From NCBI RefSeq assembly GCF_018350175.1, contig NC_058370.1:7006001-7070000 (forward strand): a stretch of 64,000 bases of DNA, given 5' to 3'. Under the pieces are notes generated by a model, which ran no database searches, had not been told where the DNA came from, and worked only from the letters and a program-made list of their open reading frames with translations. The translations under genes and the position numbers were made by a program. Shown here one piece after another: positions 12,380 through 23,822 of this stretch (within the stretch, counting starts at the first letter, position 1; each line of letters starts with the position of its first letter). The DNA comes from Felis catus. Lineage: Eukaryota.

Positions 12380-13000
12380 TTTCTCACTATCCCCCTCGCT
12401 GCCAGCCTGTCTAAACTACCTGCATCTGTCACATGACCGGTGGGTCACTAACTCCTGAGGAATCCTGTTCCACTCAGCAGGCTCTGTCCTACACACGTGG
12501 GAGCCAGTCTCCCAGCTGCAGCCGCAGTGATCTTTTCAAAAGGCAGCCTTTTGGAAACTATGCCAAGACTTCCTTTATCTCTCAGGCCCAAGATCAAAAT
12601 CCTTAATCTGGCCTCTTAATCCCTGTTTGCTCTGGCAACGCCCAAGTTCTCTGACTTTATTTTTTAACATCTGTATCCTCACTGCCAGCCTTGCTTCCGT
12701 CCCTCACTCCTCCACCTGCTAAACTGGTCGTAACCTTATGATCTTCACCTAAAAATCACTTCTAGGGGAAGCCCGAGGCAGAGGCAAACTCCGTTTTGTT
12801 GTGTGCTATCAAAGAGACAAATTCTTTTCCTGCAGTGACTTACATCGGCGTGTATTTAAATATTTATTCATGTGCTAAGCTTTATTAATAGCTATCTTTT
12901 GTGCTACACTATAAAACATCTTTTTTTAAAAAAATATTATCTTTTAGAACCTAGCCAAGTAAGTCTCTTAATGCATGTTGATTAAATAAACAAATAAATC
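12380..13000 (+). mobile_element. L2 3' fragments
   Basis: gcagtgatcttttcaaa; aaaatccttaatctggcc; terminal atgttgattaaataaacaaataaat. Confidence 0.45.
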
Positions 13001-13052
13001 TCCTTCCACCCAAATAAAAATGTCTTATTTTTCTCCCCAACGTTACTTTCTT

Positions 13053-13276
13053 TTTAAAAAAAATTTTTTTAAAGTTTATTTATTTTTTTATTTTTGGCAG
13101 AGAGAGAAAGACAGAGCATGAGCGGGGAGGGGCAGAGAGAGAGAGGGAGACACAGAATCCAAAGCAGGCTCTAGGCTCTGAGCTGTCAGCACAGAGCCTG
13201 ATACGGGGCTCGAACTCACAGACCGCGACCTGAGCCGAAGTCAGACGCTTCGCCAACTGAGCCACCAAGGGCCCCC
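13053..13276 (-). mobile_element. CAN-SINE (felid type)
   Basis: Full length; TSD caacgttactttctt vs caacattcctttctt. Confidence 0.95.
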
Positions 13277-13314
13277 CAACATTCCTTTCTTAAAAAAAAA
13301 TAGTTTATCCTAGT

Positions 13315-13376
13315 TTTCAGTGTATCTGGAATGATACATTTCAATGTATCTGGAATAATTTCAATGTATCTGGAAT
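13315..13376. repeat. Short tandem repeat, 3 x tttca(a/g)tgtatctggaat
   Basis: Three near-identical 18-mers with 6- and 2-nt spacers. Confidence 0.9.
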
Positions 13377-14402
13377 CCTTAGGTTAATTTCCACACATGA
13401 AATATCTTTCATCATGTGGAGATAAAACTAAATTCAGATAATTTCATCTTCAAAGGGCTGACCTCATCATTGGTTTCCTTCCTTCGGTGATTACAAAAGT
13501 AACGGCATTTCTAATTTCCAGCGCTCTGCGCACATCTTTCATATTTTAGAAATTCAGAAAATTTAATTGACTCCTAATGTTTGCATGCACACACCTGTTT
13601 TTCTTTTGGAGCCAAAGTGCTTCCTGTCCCATTCCTTAATGGGAATACTTACGGCAAGCTAATATTGAATAAATATTTCACAGAGCTGCTTGCAATCCCT
13701 GTCCAGTTTCTGATATGCAGTTAGGCTCCACACGTGGCCAGAATACAAACCCAGAGAAGGGCTCCCTGGCAAAGCAGATCTGTGACCATCAGTGACAACC
13801 CAAGATGTTTCATCCTCTACCCGCCTCTGGACATACAGGACACAGAGGCAAAGAGGAGCTGTTGTATGGCCCTTGGCGCACCTGTTAGCAAAGGCCACAA
13901 ACAACCTGGCCTGGGGGAATTCTGTTGGAATAAAACACACTGAAAAACTGAGAGCTTCTGTTGCAAGTTGGTATTTTTTTGTTCAGTCTGTTCTGCGGAG
14001 CACAGAATCAGGCGTGGGAAAGAGCAGAAACATGCACAGGCCCGAAGATCTGGGTGTAGATCCCCAGCTGGCAAATTCATTAAACTCACTGTAATGTACG
14101 ATCTTCATCTGTAAAACGGAAGTGGGATTTTGTCGCTGGGGATTTTTTTCTTTTTTTTTTTTCAATTTCTTTCTTCCCTTCCTTGTCAAAGAAAAGTTGC
14201 CTCGGGATGAGTTAAACAGGCAAAGGAAGACTTTATTCAAGACTGTTTGGATAGAGGATAGAAAACGAACTCAATTCCACTGAAACAGAAGGAAGGAGAG
14301 TTTTTAAGTGCTGGGGCGAATTAGTGGTACATTTAGGGGGAGGTTGGCCAATGTGATGAGGCCATCTGGGTTGCTGATTGGTGCTTATCCAAGTAGGCTC
14401 CT

Positions 14403-14720
14403 NNNNNNNNNNNNNNNNNNNNNNNNNNNNNNNNNNNNNNNNNNNNNNNNNNNNNNNNNNNNNNNNNNNNNNNNNNNNNNNNNNNNNNNNNNNNNNNNNN
14501 NNNNNNNNNNNNNNNNNNNNNNNNNNNNNNNNNNNNNNNNNNNNNNNNNNNNNNNNNNNNNNNNNNNNNNNNNNNNNNNNNNNNNNNNNNNNNNNNNNNN
14601 NNNNNNNNNNNNNNNNNNNNNNNNNNNNNNNNNNNNNNNNNNNNNNNNNNNNNNNNNNNNNNNNNNNNNNNNNNNNNNNNNNNNNNNNNNNNNNNNNNNN
14701 NNNNNNNNNNNNNNNNNNNN
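14403..14720. other. Assembly gap
   Basis: N run. Confidence 1.
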
Positions 14721-14995
14721 TAATATGAGCTATCCTAAAATTTTAAGTGCATAAAAAAGCATTGCTAACTATAGGCAAAATGTTGTACATCAGATCTGTA
14801 AAAGTTACTCATCTTACATAACTAAAACTTTATACTTATTGAACAGCAACCCTTCGTGTCTCTCTGCCCCCTGCCCCTGGCTGCCACCATTCTACCCCCT
14901 GCTTCCGTGACTTTGACTGTCCTAGATACCTCCTCTAAGAGGAATCATTACAGTATTTGTCCTTCTGTGACCGGTTTATCCCACTCAGCCCATCA
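14721..14995 (-). mobile_element. L1MA/MB-like 3' fragment
   Basis: cccctggctgccaccattcta...tttgactgtcctagatacctc...ggaatcattacagtatttgtccttctgtgaccggttta. Confidence 0.8.
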
Positions 14996-15300
14996 TTCTT
15001 GATGATTGCATTTCAGAGGGATGGCTTCCAGGTCCTTCCTTGAGAGAGCCATTCCTGGAATGTAAAACTGGCAAGGAGCTGGGAGATGATTTACATCTTA
15101 AAGGGACAGAGACAGAATTTACAATTGCAAATGTTCTAAAGTAAATTCTCTTACAAAGGGGAGGGGGTTTGGGGGCACTATGTTTGGGAAGAAATGACTC
15201 AAGTTTACTCAAGCTGAAGGGAACATATAGAAAGGCCATCTGGATCCCTCTCCTTCCTCCCTCCCTTCTTTCTTTCCTTTAAAAATCCATATATTTGTTG

Positions 15301-15513
15301 GTGCACCTGGGTGGCTCAGTCTGTTAAGCATCTGACTCTTGATACTGGCTCAGGCCATGATTTCACGGTTTGTGGGATCGAGCCCCACACTGGGTTCTGT
15401 GCTGACAGCATGGAGCCTGCTTGGGATTCTCTCTTTCTCTCTCTCTGCCCCTCTCCTGCTTTCTCTCTCTCTCTCTCTCTCAAAATAAATAAAATAAACT
15501 TAAAGAAAAACAA
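15301..15513 (+). mobile_element. CAN-SINE
   Basis: Head, (CT)n, A tail; TSD atatttgttg at 15291-15300 and 15514-15523. Confidence 0.95.
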
Positions 15514-15556
15514 ATATTTGTTGTAACAGAATTAGACCTTGTTAAAGGATAGTTTT

Positions 15557-15966
15557 ATTTTATTATTTATCTTCCCATTTTTACTGAGATACAATTGACA
15601 CCCCACACTGTGTATCTTAAGGTGTCCAACATAACTGGGTGATATGTGTACATATTGTGACATGATCACCATGGTAAGGTTAGTGAACATTCATCACCTC
15701 ACTTAGTTACATTTCTTTTCTTGTGATGAGAACTTTTAAGATTTACTTTCTTAGCAACTTTCGAATATACAATATGGTACTATTAACTACAGCCAGTAAG
15801 CTGTATGGTACCTCCAAGAACTTATTTATTTTCTAACTGGAAGTTCGTACTTTTTGACCACCTTCAACCATTCCTCCCAGCCCCCAACTCCCACCTCTGG
15901 CAACCACCAATCTGTTCTTTGTAGCCACAAGTTCAGTTTTGTTTTATTTTGTTTTGTTAGAGTCCA
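15557..15966 (-). mobile_element. 5'-truncated L1 (L1MA9/carnivore-type 3' end)
   Basis: gtgatgagaacttttaagatttac...cttagcaactttcgaatatacaata; 17-bp TSD tgttaaaggata(g/a)tttt at 15540-15556 and 15967-15983. Confidence 0.9.
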
Positions 15967-16330
15967 TGTTAAAGGATAATTTTAAAAAGATGCAGTCATG
16001 ATTTTCATACAGAGAAGAAAGTATGCGTATTAAAAAGTTGATTGAACTCATTAATGAAATGAGGGAACCAGGTAGATATTATAACTGATTTAAAGAAAAA
16101 TAGAAATCCCAGGCATTTATAGATCAGGAATTTTGAAACAAGGGTGCAAACGGAGGTCACACTTGATTTTTCTGCAGTAGGAGGTCATTGGACGTTTACT
16201 GGACATAGTTGAATGTCTATACATGGGATTTATTTGCACTGCCATTTGTGATCTCCAATTTACAGATCTGTAAATAATTCCCATAGATTCAGAGTTAGGG
16301 AACCCAGATGTATTTGCTGTAGACATTACA
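15967..16330. mobile_element. Ancient LTR fragment (LTR78-like), copy A
   Basis: TG start; aactcattaatgaaatgagggaaccag; visibly homologous to 17737-18065. Confidence 0.5.
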
Positions 16331-16799
16331 ATGTTCTCCAGTGAAGCACAATTTTTTTTATAGGTCTTGACTCCCATGATATATTATTTCTCTTCATTGC
16401 TTCTTAAGCATCTCTCCTATTTCAGTATTAAGTACCCGATATGGGTCAGACATACTGAAGAAGGTACAAACCTATGATACAGGTCTCCAGCCCTCAGGGT
16501 GCCCAGCCTAGTTCAGATATGCTCACCTATAGCTCAACTCCAAGAAACACTATGATGCCTGATCATAGCTGGGATCTAAGCTAGGACTTCCTTGAAGTGA
16601 TTTCTTACTCTTGGGACTAAACTGGAAGACTTCCCAAAGGAAGTGGCAGCTTGTCAATAGCTGGGTCCCCGGGGAACAGAAATACAACCTGCTGATGAGA
16701 CAAAACTTAGTTAATGGCTCGCTTTGGTAAGAAAGAACACTGTCTTCCAAACTTTGGCTGTGTCTGAGAGAGGGGAAGTTAAAGTCAGAATTCTTAATG

Positions 16800-16897
16800 T
16801 CCTGCTAAACCGGCCTCACAGTCTTAATAATTTTGAAGAAGGGGCCCCACATTTTTGTTTTGCACTGGAGTCCTGCAAACGTTGTAGCCTGACTGTG
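16800..16897. mobile_element. MER91B-like hAT-Tip100 fragment
   Basis: tcttaataattttgaagaaggggccccacatttttgttttgcactggagtcctgcaaa; a related fragment lies at about 34900-34976. Confidence 0.65.
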
Positions 16898-17736
16898 ACC
16901 AAGCATTGTATTCCTGATATGGCTACAGTGTTATGAGATTAAAATTAAGTTCTGGGGGGAGGGAAAGGATGATAAAGATGGTCAGGTAAATCAGAGCTCA
17001 GTTTGAGAAGTGAGGAAAAGGTCAGAGGGCAGAGACAGGGACTAACATAGTGGAGGGCACAACATGGTGGGGAGGACACAAAAATCACCCATTAAGTTTG
17101 GAAACAATACATCCTTTGTGTGGCTTCTGTGTACCACGGGCAGTGCTGTGTCACAGGAGAGCCCAAGCCAGATGCTGGACTTTGAATGCATCGAGATGAG
17201 TGGGTTAGTACCTACTCTGTGGACAGAGGGGGGAGTCTTGGACATGATTTGAGAAGAGCACTGACAGGCTCAGTCATGGATTTTGGACAGCTACTCAGAT
17301 TTGGTTGAATTGGGATTTTGAAGGGTAATATTTTAGTTCAAGCATGGCAGATGAATGCATATGCAAATTCTATTCAATCCTGTCATTTCAATGCAAAAGG
17401 AACAAAAATGGTCTTCACCGTTACTCTCTGGGGAAAATGCTAATGTCAACCACCAAGGGAGGAATCTATAGATTTGCAGAGAGCTGTGTTCAGAGTTTAA
17501 AGTATAAGAATTAGCCTCAAGAACCGGAAAAGAAAATCCAGAAGTAAAGAGATATAATGCAAGTTTCAGGTTCAAGGCTTTCTCATGCAGATGTCACCAT
17601 CATGCCTAAACTGTATGTGTGACTGGAAAGGGGGACGAATAAGCAGGTGCAACACGGTGTTTTATTGAGCTACTAACTTGCGTCTCCCCTCTTTATTTTC
17701 CTCTATCTGCTGATTTGTTTCCAGCAGGTAACCAGG

Positions 17737-18065
17737 TGTTGAAGGATAATTTTCCAAAAAAAAGGTAAAATCACGACTTCCGTACAGATATAAAATGAAC
17801 ACCTGCCCGAGATTTTACTTAACTCATTAATGAGAGATCAATAAAGTTTTACAATTGCTTCAAAGGAGAATTCAAAGTACCCTGCTTTTATAGATTAGGA
17901 ATGCTGACATAAATTTACAAATAGGTGGATTCTGGATTTTTCTACAGAAAGGAAGGGAAATTTGCTCTTCTTTAGACAGACTGCTTGTGTATGGACAAGC
18001 AACATTTGCATTATTATCAGTTTTCGACACAGTAGCTTCTATTTCTACAGACTTGTAAAACAGCG
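17737..18065. mobile_element. Ancient LTR fragment (LTR78-like), copy B
   Basis: tgttgaaggataatttt...tcacgacttccgtacagat...gattttacttaactcattaatgag. Confidence 0.55.
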
Positions 18066-18519
18066 TGCTCAAAATGAAGGTGGACCCTCCCCACCTGGAG
18101 AGGCTCCAGCATTCCACTGAAAGGGTATCTGGTAATCTCTCTTGACACCTTCCAAAGTCCTAAACTTCGTGCATCCAGAGGTCTTTTTGTGTCTCTTTGT
18201 CTCAGTGGAAATCCGTGTTTCATGGGCTCGAAACCCATAGCCATCCGCCATTTTTTTCCTTTCTTTCTTGTACTAAAACATTCATCCTTGGATGGGAATC
18301 CAGGGCCTATAGAGAAGAGTTAGGAGACATTGTGCAATGCAGCCAGCAAAGAAAACAGGAACCCTTTTAGAACTTGGTGGCAGAGTCCTGTGCAGGTGTC
18401 AAAGCCTCTGGGGAGATGGCTTTCCCTGGGATTGGCACAGGAATAGCCGAGCCCCTACCTCTAGATGGCCCAGGCAGATCGGGAGGGGGCATCTAGCATA
18501 ACCTGCATGGACTGATGGC

Positions 18520-18640
18520 CAGGGTGACCATGAAATTCATCATCCAAACCAAAACACATTTGAAGGTGAAAGGGGGCAGTGTACTAGGGCAAGAGTGGTA
18601 ACTGGGACAATCTCAGGCCAACTAGGGCCATGATACTTTA
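18520..18640. mobile_element. MER81 (hAT-Blackjack) MITE
   Basis: agggtgacca...catccaaacc...gtgaaagggggc...actgggacaatctcaggc. Confidence 0.7.
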
Positions 18641-19276
18641 GCATATGAAGGACCCCAGAACCACTGCATGCCCTTGAAACAGGAAGATGATATCTAATTT
18701 GATTTTCAGGGGACACGACTGGACAATCTTCAATCCCTGAAAGGGAATTTCATTATACTACCCACATGTGCTGCTTTTAGAAAGCCATTAGCATGCTTGA
18801 TGGTCATAAAAAGATTATTTCAAAGGCATGTTTTGGGTTGTGTGATGATAGAGTTTGAATATTTAAGAGCAGTGTGTTAAATTGATTCTGAAAGACTTTT
18901 TTTTAGTGATGATAGGATAATAATAATAGAAGAGGTAGACTTTATTCTTTTAAGGGGGTGTGAAGAATTTCAAATGGTTGAAGTATTGAGTTATCTCCGT
19001 TGAAAGAGTGCACATTTGCAACTGGTTCTCTGTAACACACAGCTGCAACTGCTATCCCTCACCGAAGGTCTTGGGTAACAACACCCAAAGGGAACATGAT
19101 GATGGTCATTTCACTAGATGGGGCCAGTTCCTCCTGGGATAACCACAATTTCCTGGTGCCAGCCTTTTAAGAGATATTTCTTGATGCTTTCCTAAGTTAG
19201 TTGGAGGTCACTCTGTATTCTCCAGACCTAAGAATATGAGAGACCCAATGGACTGTCTTATTAGTCACCTAATAAG

Positions 19277-19475
19277 CGTTAAGTGTCAACTCCTGGTTTC
19301 AACTCAGGTCATGATGTCACGGTTCATGGGTTCAAGCCCCACATTGGGCTCCATGCTGATAGTGTGAAACCTGCTTGGGATTCTCTCTCTCTCTCCTCTT
19401 CTCTCTGCCCCTCCCCTGCTTGCATTGTCTCTGTCTCTCTCAAAATAAATAAATAAACTTTAAGAGAAAATAAAA
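19277..19475 (+). mobile_element. CAN-SINE lacking the extreme 5' end
   Basis: gttaagtgtcaactcc...ctcaggtcatgat...(CT)n, aaataaataaataaac tail. Confidence 0.9.
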
Positions 19476-19729
19476 TGAATCTTGTACGAGTAGAACTATA
19501 TTACCAGCTACTGCACATTCCTATCCCCCACCTTGATTATATTACAGGTGACAGATTTATGCAAAACTGCCTCTACAGATTTATACTGTAGGCAACCCCA
19601 ACGTTTGGTTGAAAGAAAACAAAAGAAATCTAATCACGTTTGTCTACTTGTATTTGTGGACCGAGGACCATTCCCGCTAGTATGTGAACATCACCAACTC
19701 TGGGAGAATAGGATGGCGCTCTGACCCAT

Positions 19730-19990
19730 ATGTTCTCCACGGACCCATTAGGTGGTCTGGTGAAATCAATGGATACCCTCTCACAAGACAGGTTTTAAGT
19801 GCATGCCAGAGCTACATTGGGTCACATGCAAAAATCAATAATATTAAAATAGAATTGTCAACATATTTAAACAAGCCCATTTCTAGTATAGTGGGATATG
19901 TAATGAATTTCTTTATTAGCACACTGGAAAACAAGATCTTGGTGATAGATCTAAGTATTGTCATTAAAAACTAGTGATGAGGGTAAAAGC
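19730..19990. mobile_element. hAT-Charlie-type fragment (MER119-like)
   Basis: ggacccattaggtggtctggtgaaatcaatggataccctctca...aaaatcaataatattaaaatag. Confidence 0.45.
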
Positions 19991-20799
19991 TATTTTGAGG
20001 CATCTGAAAGAACTATGTTAGGATATGAACTTACAGTTGACCTCTGTTGGTGATAAAGTCATAGATGTTCTATTCTAGTGTGGTTTGTTGCTCACATCCC
20101 CAACTAGAAGGGTCGCCACCTTTAAGTTAGAGGCTGATGTCCTGTTTGCAAATCCATGGCAGCCATGAGTGAATTCTGGCCCGGAGCTCAGTCCCGGCAT
20201 TGGTGGAGTTGCTCTCCGCAGGCCCCCCAGCCGTGGGGAGCCCCCATTTCTCCATCCTTGGATCTCAGTCTCCTCCAGGAATTCAAAGCTTTTATTTGCT
20301 TTCCTTTCATGGCACCGAATATGTCATTTTAACATCTCTGCTGATACTATACTGTTTCCATTTCATCTCTAAATCCGTTTAGTGGTTGCAAGACCCACTA
20401 CAGGACTGATACTCAATACTGGAGGCATCGAGGCAATCAGGGCTGTGGAAGCGGTAATTCCTGGGAAAGCCCTGCCAGGAGAGAGGCCGGAGAAGGTGCT
20501 GACGACAGCAGCCCCGGAGTTCTGGGGGAAATGATTTTCTTTTTGAGACACCTGCAGCTAGGTCTTTAGAGGGCGTGGGTTTGAGGCTCAGTCGCGTGTT
20601 GTGAGGCCGACGATGTACCTGGGCTCCCACAGCTTTTGCACGTGTACAACAAAATCCGGACTGCTTACTCTTTTCTATGATTGCGTGAATGTATGCCTCA
20701 GTTTACCTAGGATACTCTTGGTCAATGCCTATTTCCCCTGCTTGATTGTGAATAAGAACCCCATTCGCTTTTTAAAAAATTATTATTTGATGTTGATAT

Positions 20800-21030
20800 A
20801 TTTATTTTTATTTTTTTATTATTAAAAAAATTTTTTTAATCTTTATTTTTGAGAGAGAGAGAGCATGTGAGCAGGGGAGGGGCAGAGAGAGAGGGAGACA
20901 GAATTGGAAGCAGGCTCCAGGCTCTGAGCCGTCAGCACAGAGCCCGACGTGGGGCTTCAATTCATGAACTGTGAGATCATGACCCGAGCCGAAGTCGGAC
21001 GCTCAACTGACTGAGCCACCCAGGCACCCC
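20800..21030 (-). mobile_element. CAN-SINE, innermost of a triple nest
   Basis: TSD tgatgttgat (20788) vs taatgttgat (21031). Confidence 0.93.
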
Positions 21031-21040
21031 TAATGTTGAT

Positions 21041-21226
21041 TTCGTTTTTAAGAGAAAGAGACAGAACGTGAGTGGGAAAGGGGCAGAGAGAGAGGGAGAC
21101 ACAGAATCCGAAGCAGGATGCAGGCTTTGAGCTGTCAGCACAGAGCCTGACATGGGGCTTGAACTCACGAGCCGTGAGATGATGACTTGAGCTGATGCTT
21201 AACCTACTGAGCCACCCAGGTGCCCC
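21041..21226 (-). mobile_element. CAN-SINE, middle of a triple nest
   Basis: TSD taaaaaattatt (20773) vs taaaaattatt (21227). Confidence 0.92.
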
Positions 21227-21239
21227 TAAAAATTATTTT

Positions 21240-21392
21240 TTATTTTGAGAGAGAAAGAATGAGCAAGGGAGAGGGACTGAGATGTGCTGGGCATGGATCC
21301 TGACGAGGGGCTCTGTCCCACGACCCTGGGATCATGACCTGCGCTGAAATTAAGAGTCAGACACTCAACCGACTGAGCCACCCAGGTGCCCC
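21240..21392 (-). mobile_element. Older CAN-SINE, outermost of a triple nest
   Basis: TSD gaaccccattcgctttttaaa (20756) vs gaacctcattccgttttaaa (21394). Confidence 0.9.
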
Positions 21393-21448
21393 TGAACCTC
21401 ATTCCGTTTTAAATCTATCCCGGTTTGTATGATAACTGGTGTGGTCAT

Positions 21449-21851
21449 CATAGTGGCTGCCACAGTGTCACTCAGATCCCTCTTCCAGGACTGAGAGGCC
21501 ACTTCTCCAGCTGCTGGGAGTGTGGGCGGCCCACAGCTTCAGCTGATATCTAATCTGCACGCTGCCTTTGTTCCAAGAGAACTGCGTTGCACAAGTTCCC
21601 GTCCCCGGGGCATAGCTGGCCGGTGGAAGAGTTTCCAGACTCACTGACCCAGGGGAGGAAAACACAGCCAGAACATCCCAGCTCAGAGTGGCAGAGGGGT
21701 CTGCTGAGGCCTCTGTTGCGGCCTCACGGTACCTGAGCTTTCCCCTGTGCTCAGTGTTGCTTCCCACGTCCCCCAAGCCTGCTGCCTTCAAGCGTTTCCT
21801 CCAAACAAGCCTCTGTCTCGGTCTGTGTCCCCACAAACCTGACCTAAGGCA
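21449..21851 (+). mobile_element. ERVL solo LTR, LTR16A-like
   Basis: cagatccctcttccaggactgag...ccagctgctgggagtgt; gctgaggcctctgttgcg; ends acctgacctaaggca. Confidence 0.8.
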
Positions 21852-21899
21852 GTCATTCCACCTCTGTGGCTCTAGAAGGTCTGAACCCTGGTCACCCCT

Positions 21900-22275
21900 T
21901 GGACCTGATCACACTGGCCTTTTTACCTTTTCTCAAATAGGCTAAGCTCCCTCTGTTCCACTGGCTCTGTCCCCAGCTAGTCACACGTCAGGCTCCTCCT
22001 TGTCCTTCAGACCCTAGCTTCTCGATGAGGTCTTGGCTTTCCTGATTCTGTCGCTTTTCCCAAAGCCTTTCTCTGTTGCGCTTTGAAAAATGTCCTCCAT
22101 AGCCCCATCACTAACTGAAACTAGCACATTTGTTTACTTATTCACTTACTGATGTTCTCCTTCTCTAACACGTAAGTTTCTTCTGGGATGGAATCTCATT
22201 TGTCTTGTTCACCCTGAATCCCTAATATGCAGAAGAGTGTCTGTCATATAGTCCGCACTCCATAACATGGGTTGC
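21900..22275 (+). mobile_element. L2a 3' fragment
   Basis: tgtttacttattcac...cgtaagtttc...tttgtcttgttcacc...agagtgtctgtcatatagt. Confidence 0.65.
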
Positions 22276-22529
22276 AGCAGTGGGTAAAAAAAAGGGAAAG
22301 AAATTTAAAAAAAAATGTAGTACAGATTCGTTTCTAAAATTCTCCCTTGCCTCTCCAAAAATTGTCTTAGCTATTTGCTTAGCTTGCGGCTTTTGCTTCA
22401 CTTCCTAGGGAATATCCTTGCCAAATCCTCCTGAATTTCTCACCTCCTACCGTTTCCCATCTCTAACACCTCCATTTTCAAAGGTCGGATAGTAGATATT
22501 ATCCACAAGGACTATTAAAATTAACCATA

Positions 22530-22728
22530 GTGATAGTAACTAGCATTCACTGAAACGATAGACACTTCGCTGACTGCTTCACGTACGCTAATGTATTTAA
22601 AACTCACGGTAAACCTTTGAGGTGGTTGTTACTATTATTTCTCTTTTATAGATGAGGAAATCTACAGTTGAATTAAAACTAAAAGTCACACAGCTAATAA
22701 ATCGCAACAGAGCCAAGACATGAACCCA
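22530..22728 (-). mobile_element. MIR
   Basis: actattatttctcttttatagatgaggaaa...gtcacacagctaataaat...gagccaagacatgaaccca. Confidence 0.75.
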
Positions 22729-22734
22729 TTGTTT

Positions 22735-22971
22735 CTTTTTTTTTTTTTTATTAAATGTTTATTTGTTTTGAGAGAGAGAGAGAGAGAGAGAGAGAGTACG
22801 TGTGCATGAGCAGGGGAGGGGCAGAGAGAGGGAGAGGGAGAATCCCAAGCAGGCTCCACGCTGTTAGAGCAGAGCAGGACACGAGACTCGATCCCATGAA
22901 CTGTAAGATCATGACCTGAGTCGAAGTCAAGAGTCAGAAGCTCAACCAACTGAGCCACCCAGGCAGCGCCC
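22735..22971 (-). mobile_element. CAN-SINE inserted in MIR
   Basis: T tail, (GA)n, head ending tgagccacccaggcagcgccc. Confidence 0.95.
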
Positions 22972-23039
22972 GACATTTCTGATCAGGAACTTGCTATGTG
23001 GTTCCCAGGTTGATGCGCTAAAAAGTGCGTGACACGTTT

Positions 23040-23215
23040 AGAACCAGAGAGCCCTGCATCCCACATTCTTGGGCTCTGTCATGTGGGACTTTGTGTGGCC
23101 TCCTAGGCTATAGCTTCCTCACTACTAAATGGGGTTTATGATGATCCTTGTTTGCTGCAATAATTAAATTAAGTGATAATGTATGTAGCCATCTGGCATA
23201 TGGTAGGAAATCCAA
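23040..23215 (+). mobile_element. MIR fragment
   Basis: agcttcctcactactaaatgggg...attaagtgataatgtatgt...tctggcatatggtagg. Confidence 0.5.
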
Positions 23216-23606
23216 AGAGTTTCTCCCCTTCTGGTGTATGACACTGTAAAAACAGTACCAATTTTTTTTTAGCTGCTGTTCATCTCGGACCAATTAGAAG
23301 CAGAGGATGTTTTCAAGCCTGCTGGCTAAATCTGTACGTACTGCACGAATTCCACTAACATGCGTATTTCATCGTGTACACGGATGCGTGCATATGTATC
23401 TGAGGAGGAGCACTGGAGTTGAGATCTCAGGTTCTAAGGTCACGCAGATCTAGAAGAGGGTCCCATCTCTGTTATTTCTTACCCTTTCCTCTTGCCTTAT
23501 GCCTTCCCACTTACCTTGGGGGTACGTCATATATTTCAACTCTGTAATGCTATGTTTCTTCATCTGTAAGTGGATTGGTGTAAGAATTAAATGAAATATT
23601 GCCTAT

Positions 23607-23822
23607 GTTTTTTAACGCTTATTAACTTTTAAGAGAGAGAGAGAGAGAGACAGAGCACGAGTGGGGGAGGGGCAGAGAGAGAGAGAGAAGCACAGAATCC
23701 GAAGCAGGCTCCAGGCTCCCAGCTGTCAGCACAGAGCCTGCGCGGCTCAAACTCAGAAATGGCGAGATCATGACCTGAGCCACAGTTGGATGCTTAACTG
23801 ACTGAGCCACCCAGGTGCCCCC
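23607..23822 (-). mobile_element. CAN-SINE inside a MIR remnant
   Basis: Perfect 13-bp TSD aaatattgcctat at 23594-23606 and 23823-23835. Confidence 0.96.

Larger units (their letters stand above)
14184..15246 (-). mobile_element. ERV1-class solo LTR (MER31/MER67-like), split by a gap and an L1 piece
   Basis: tgtcaaagaaaa...gactttattcaagac (antisense AATAAA) at the left; gaatttacaattgcaaatgttctaaagtaaat...caagctgaagggaac at the right. Confidence 0.65.

Noticed and set aside
13315-13376. Repeat-spacer-repeat pattern reminiscent of CRISPR
   Set aside because: Spacers of only 2-6 nt, three units, mammalian context, no cas genes
17872-18251. Minus-strand ORFs starting at aaaATGGCGG, possible processed pseudogene
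   Set aside because: No frame resembles a protein I recognise; no poly-A or TSD; overlaps an old LTR-like fragment
18458-18472. CTCF-like cores cctctagatggc here and ccaccagagggc at 54811-54822
   Set aside because: Downstream bases are off-consensus and such matches are expected by chance in 64 kb; needs PWM and ChIP support
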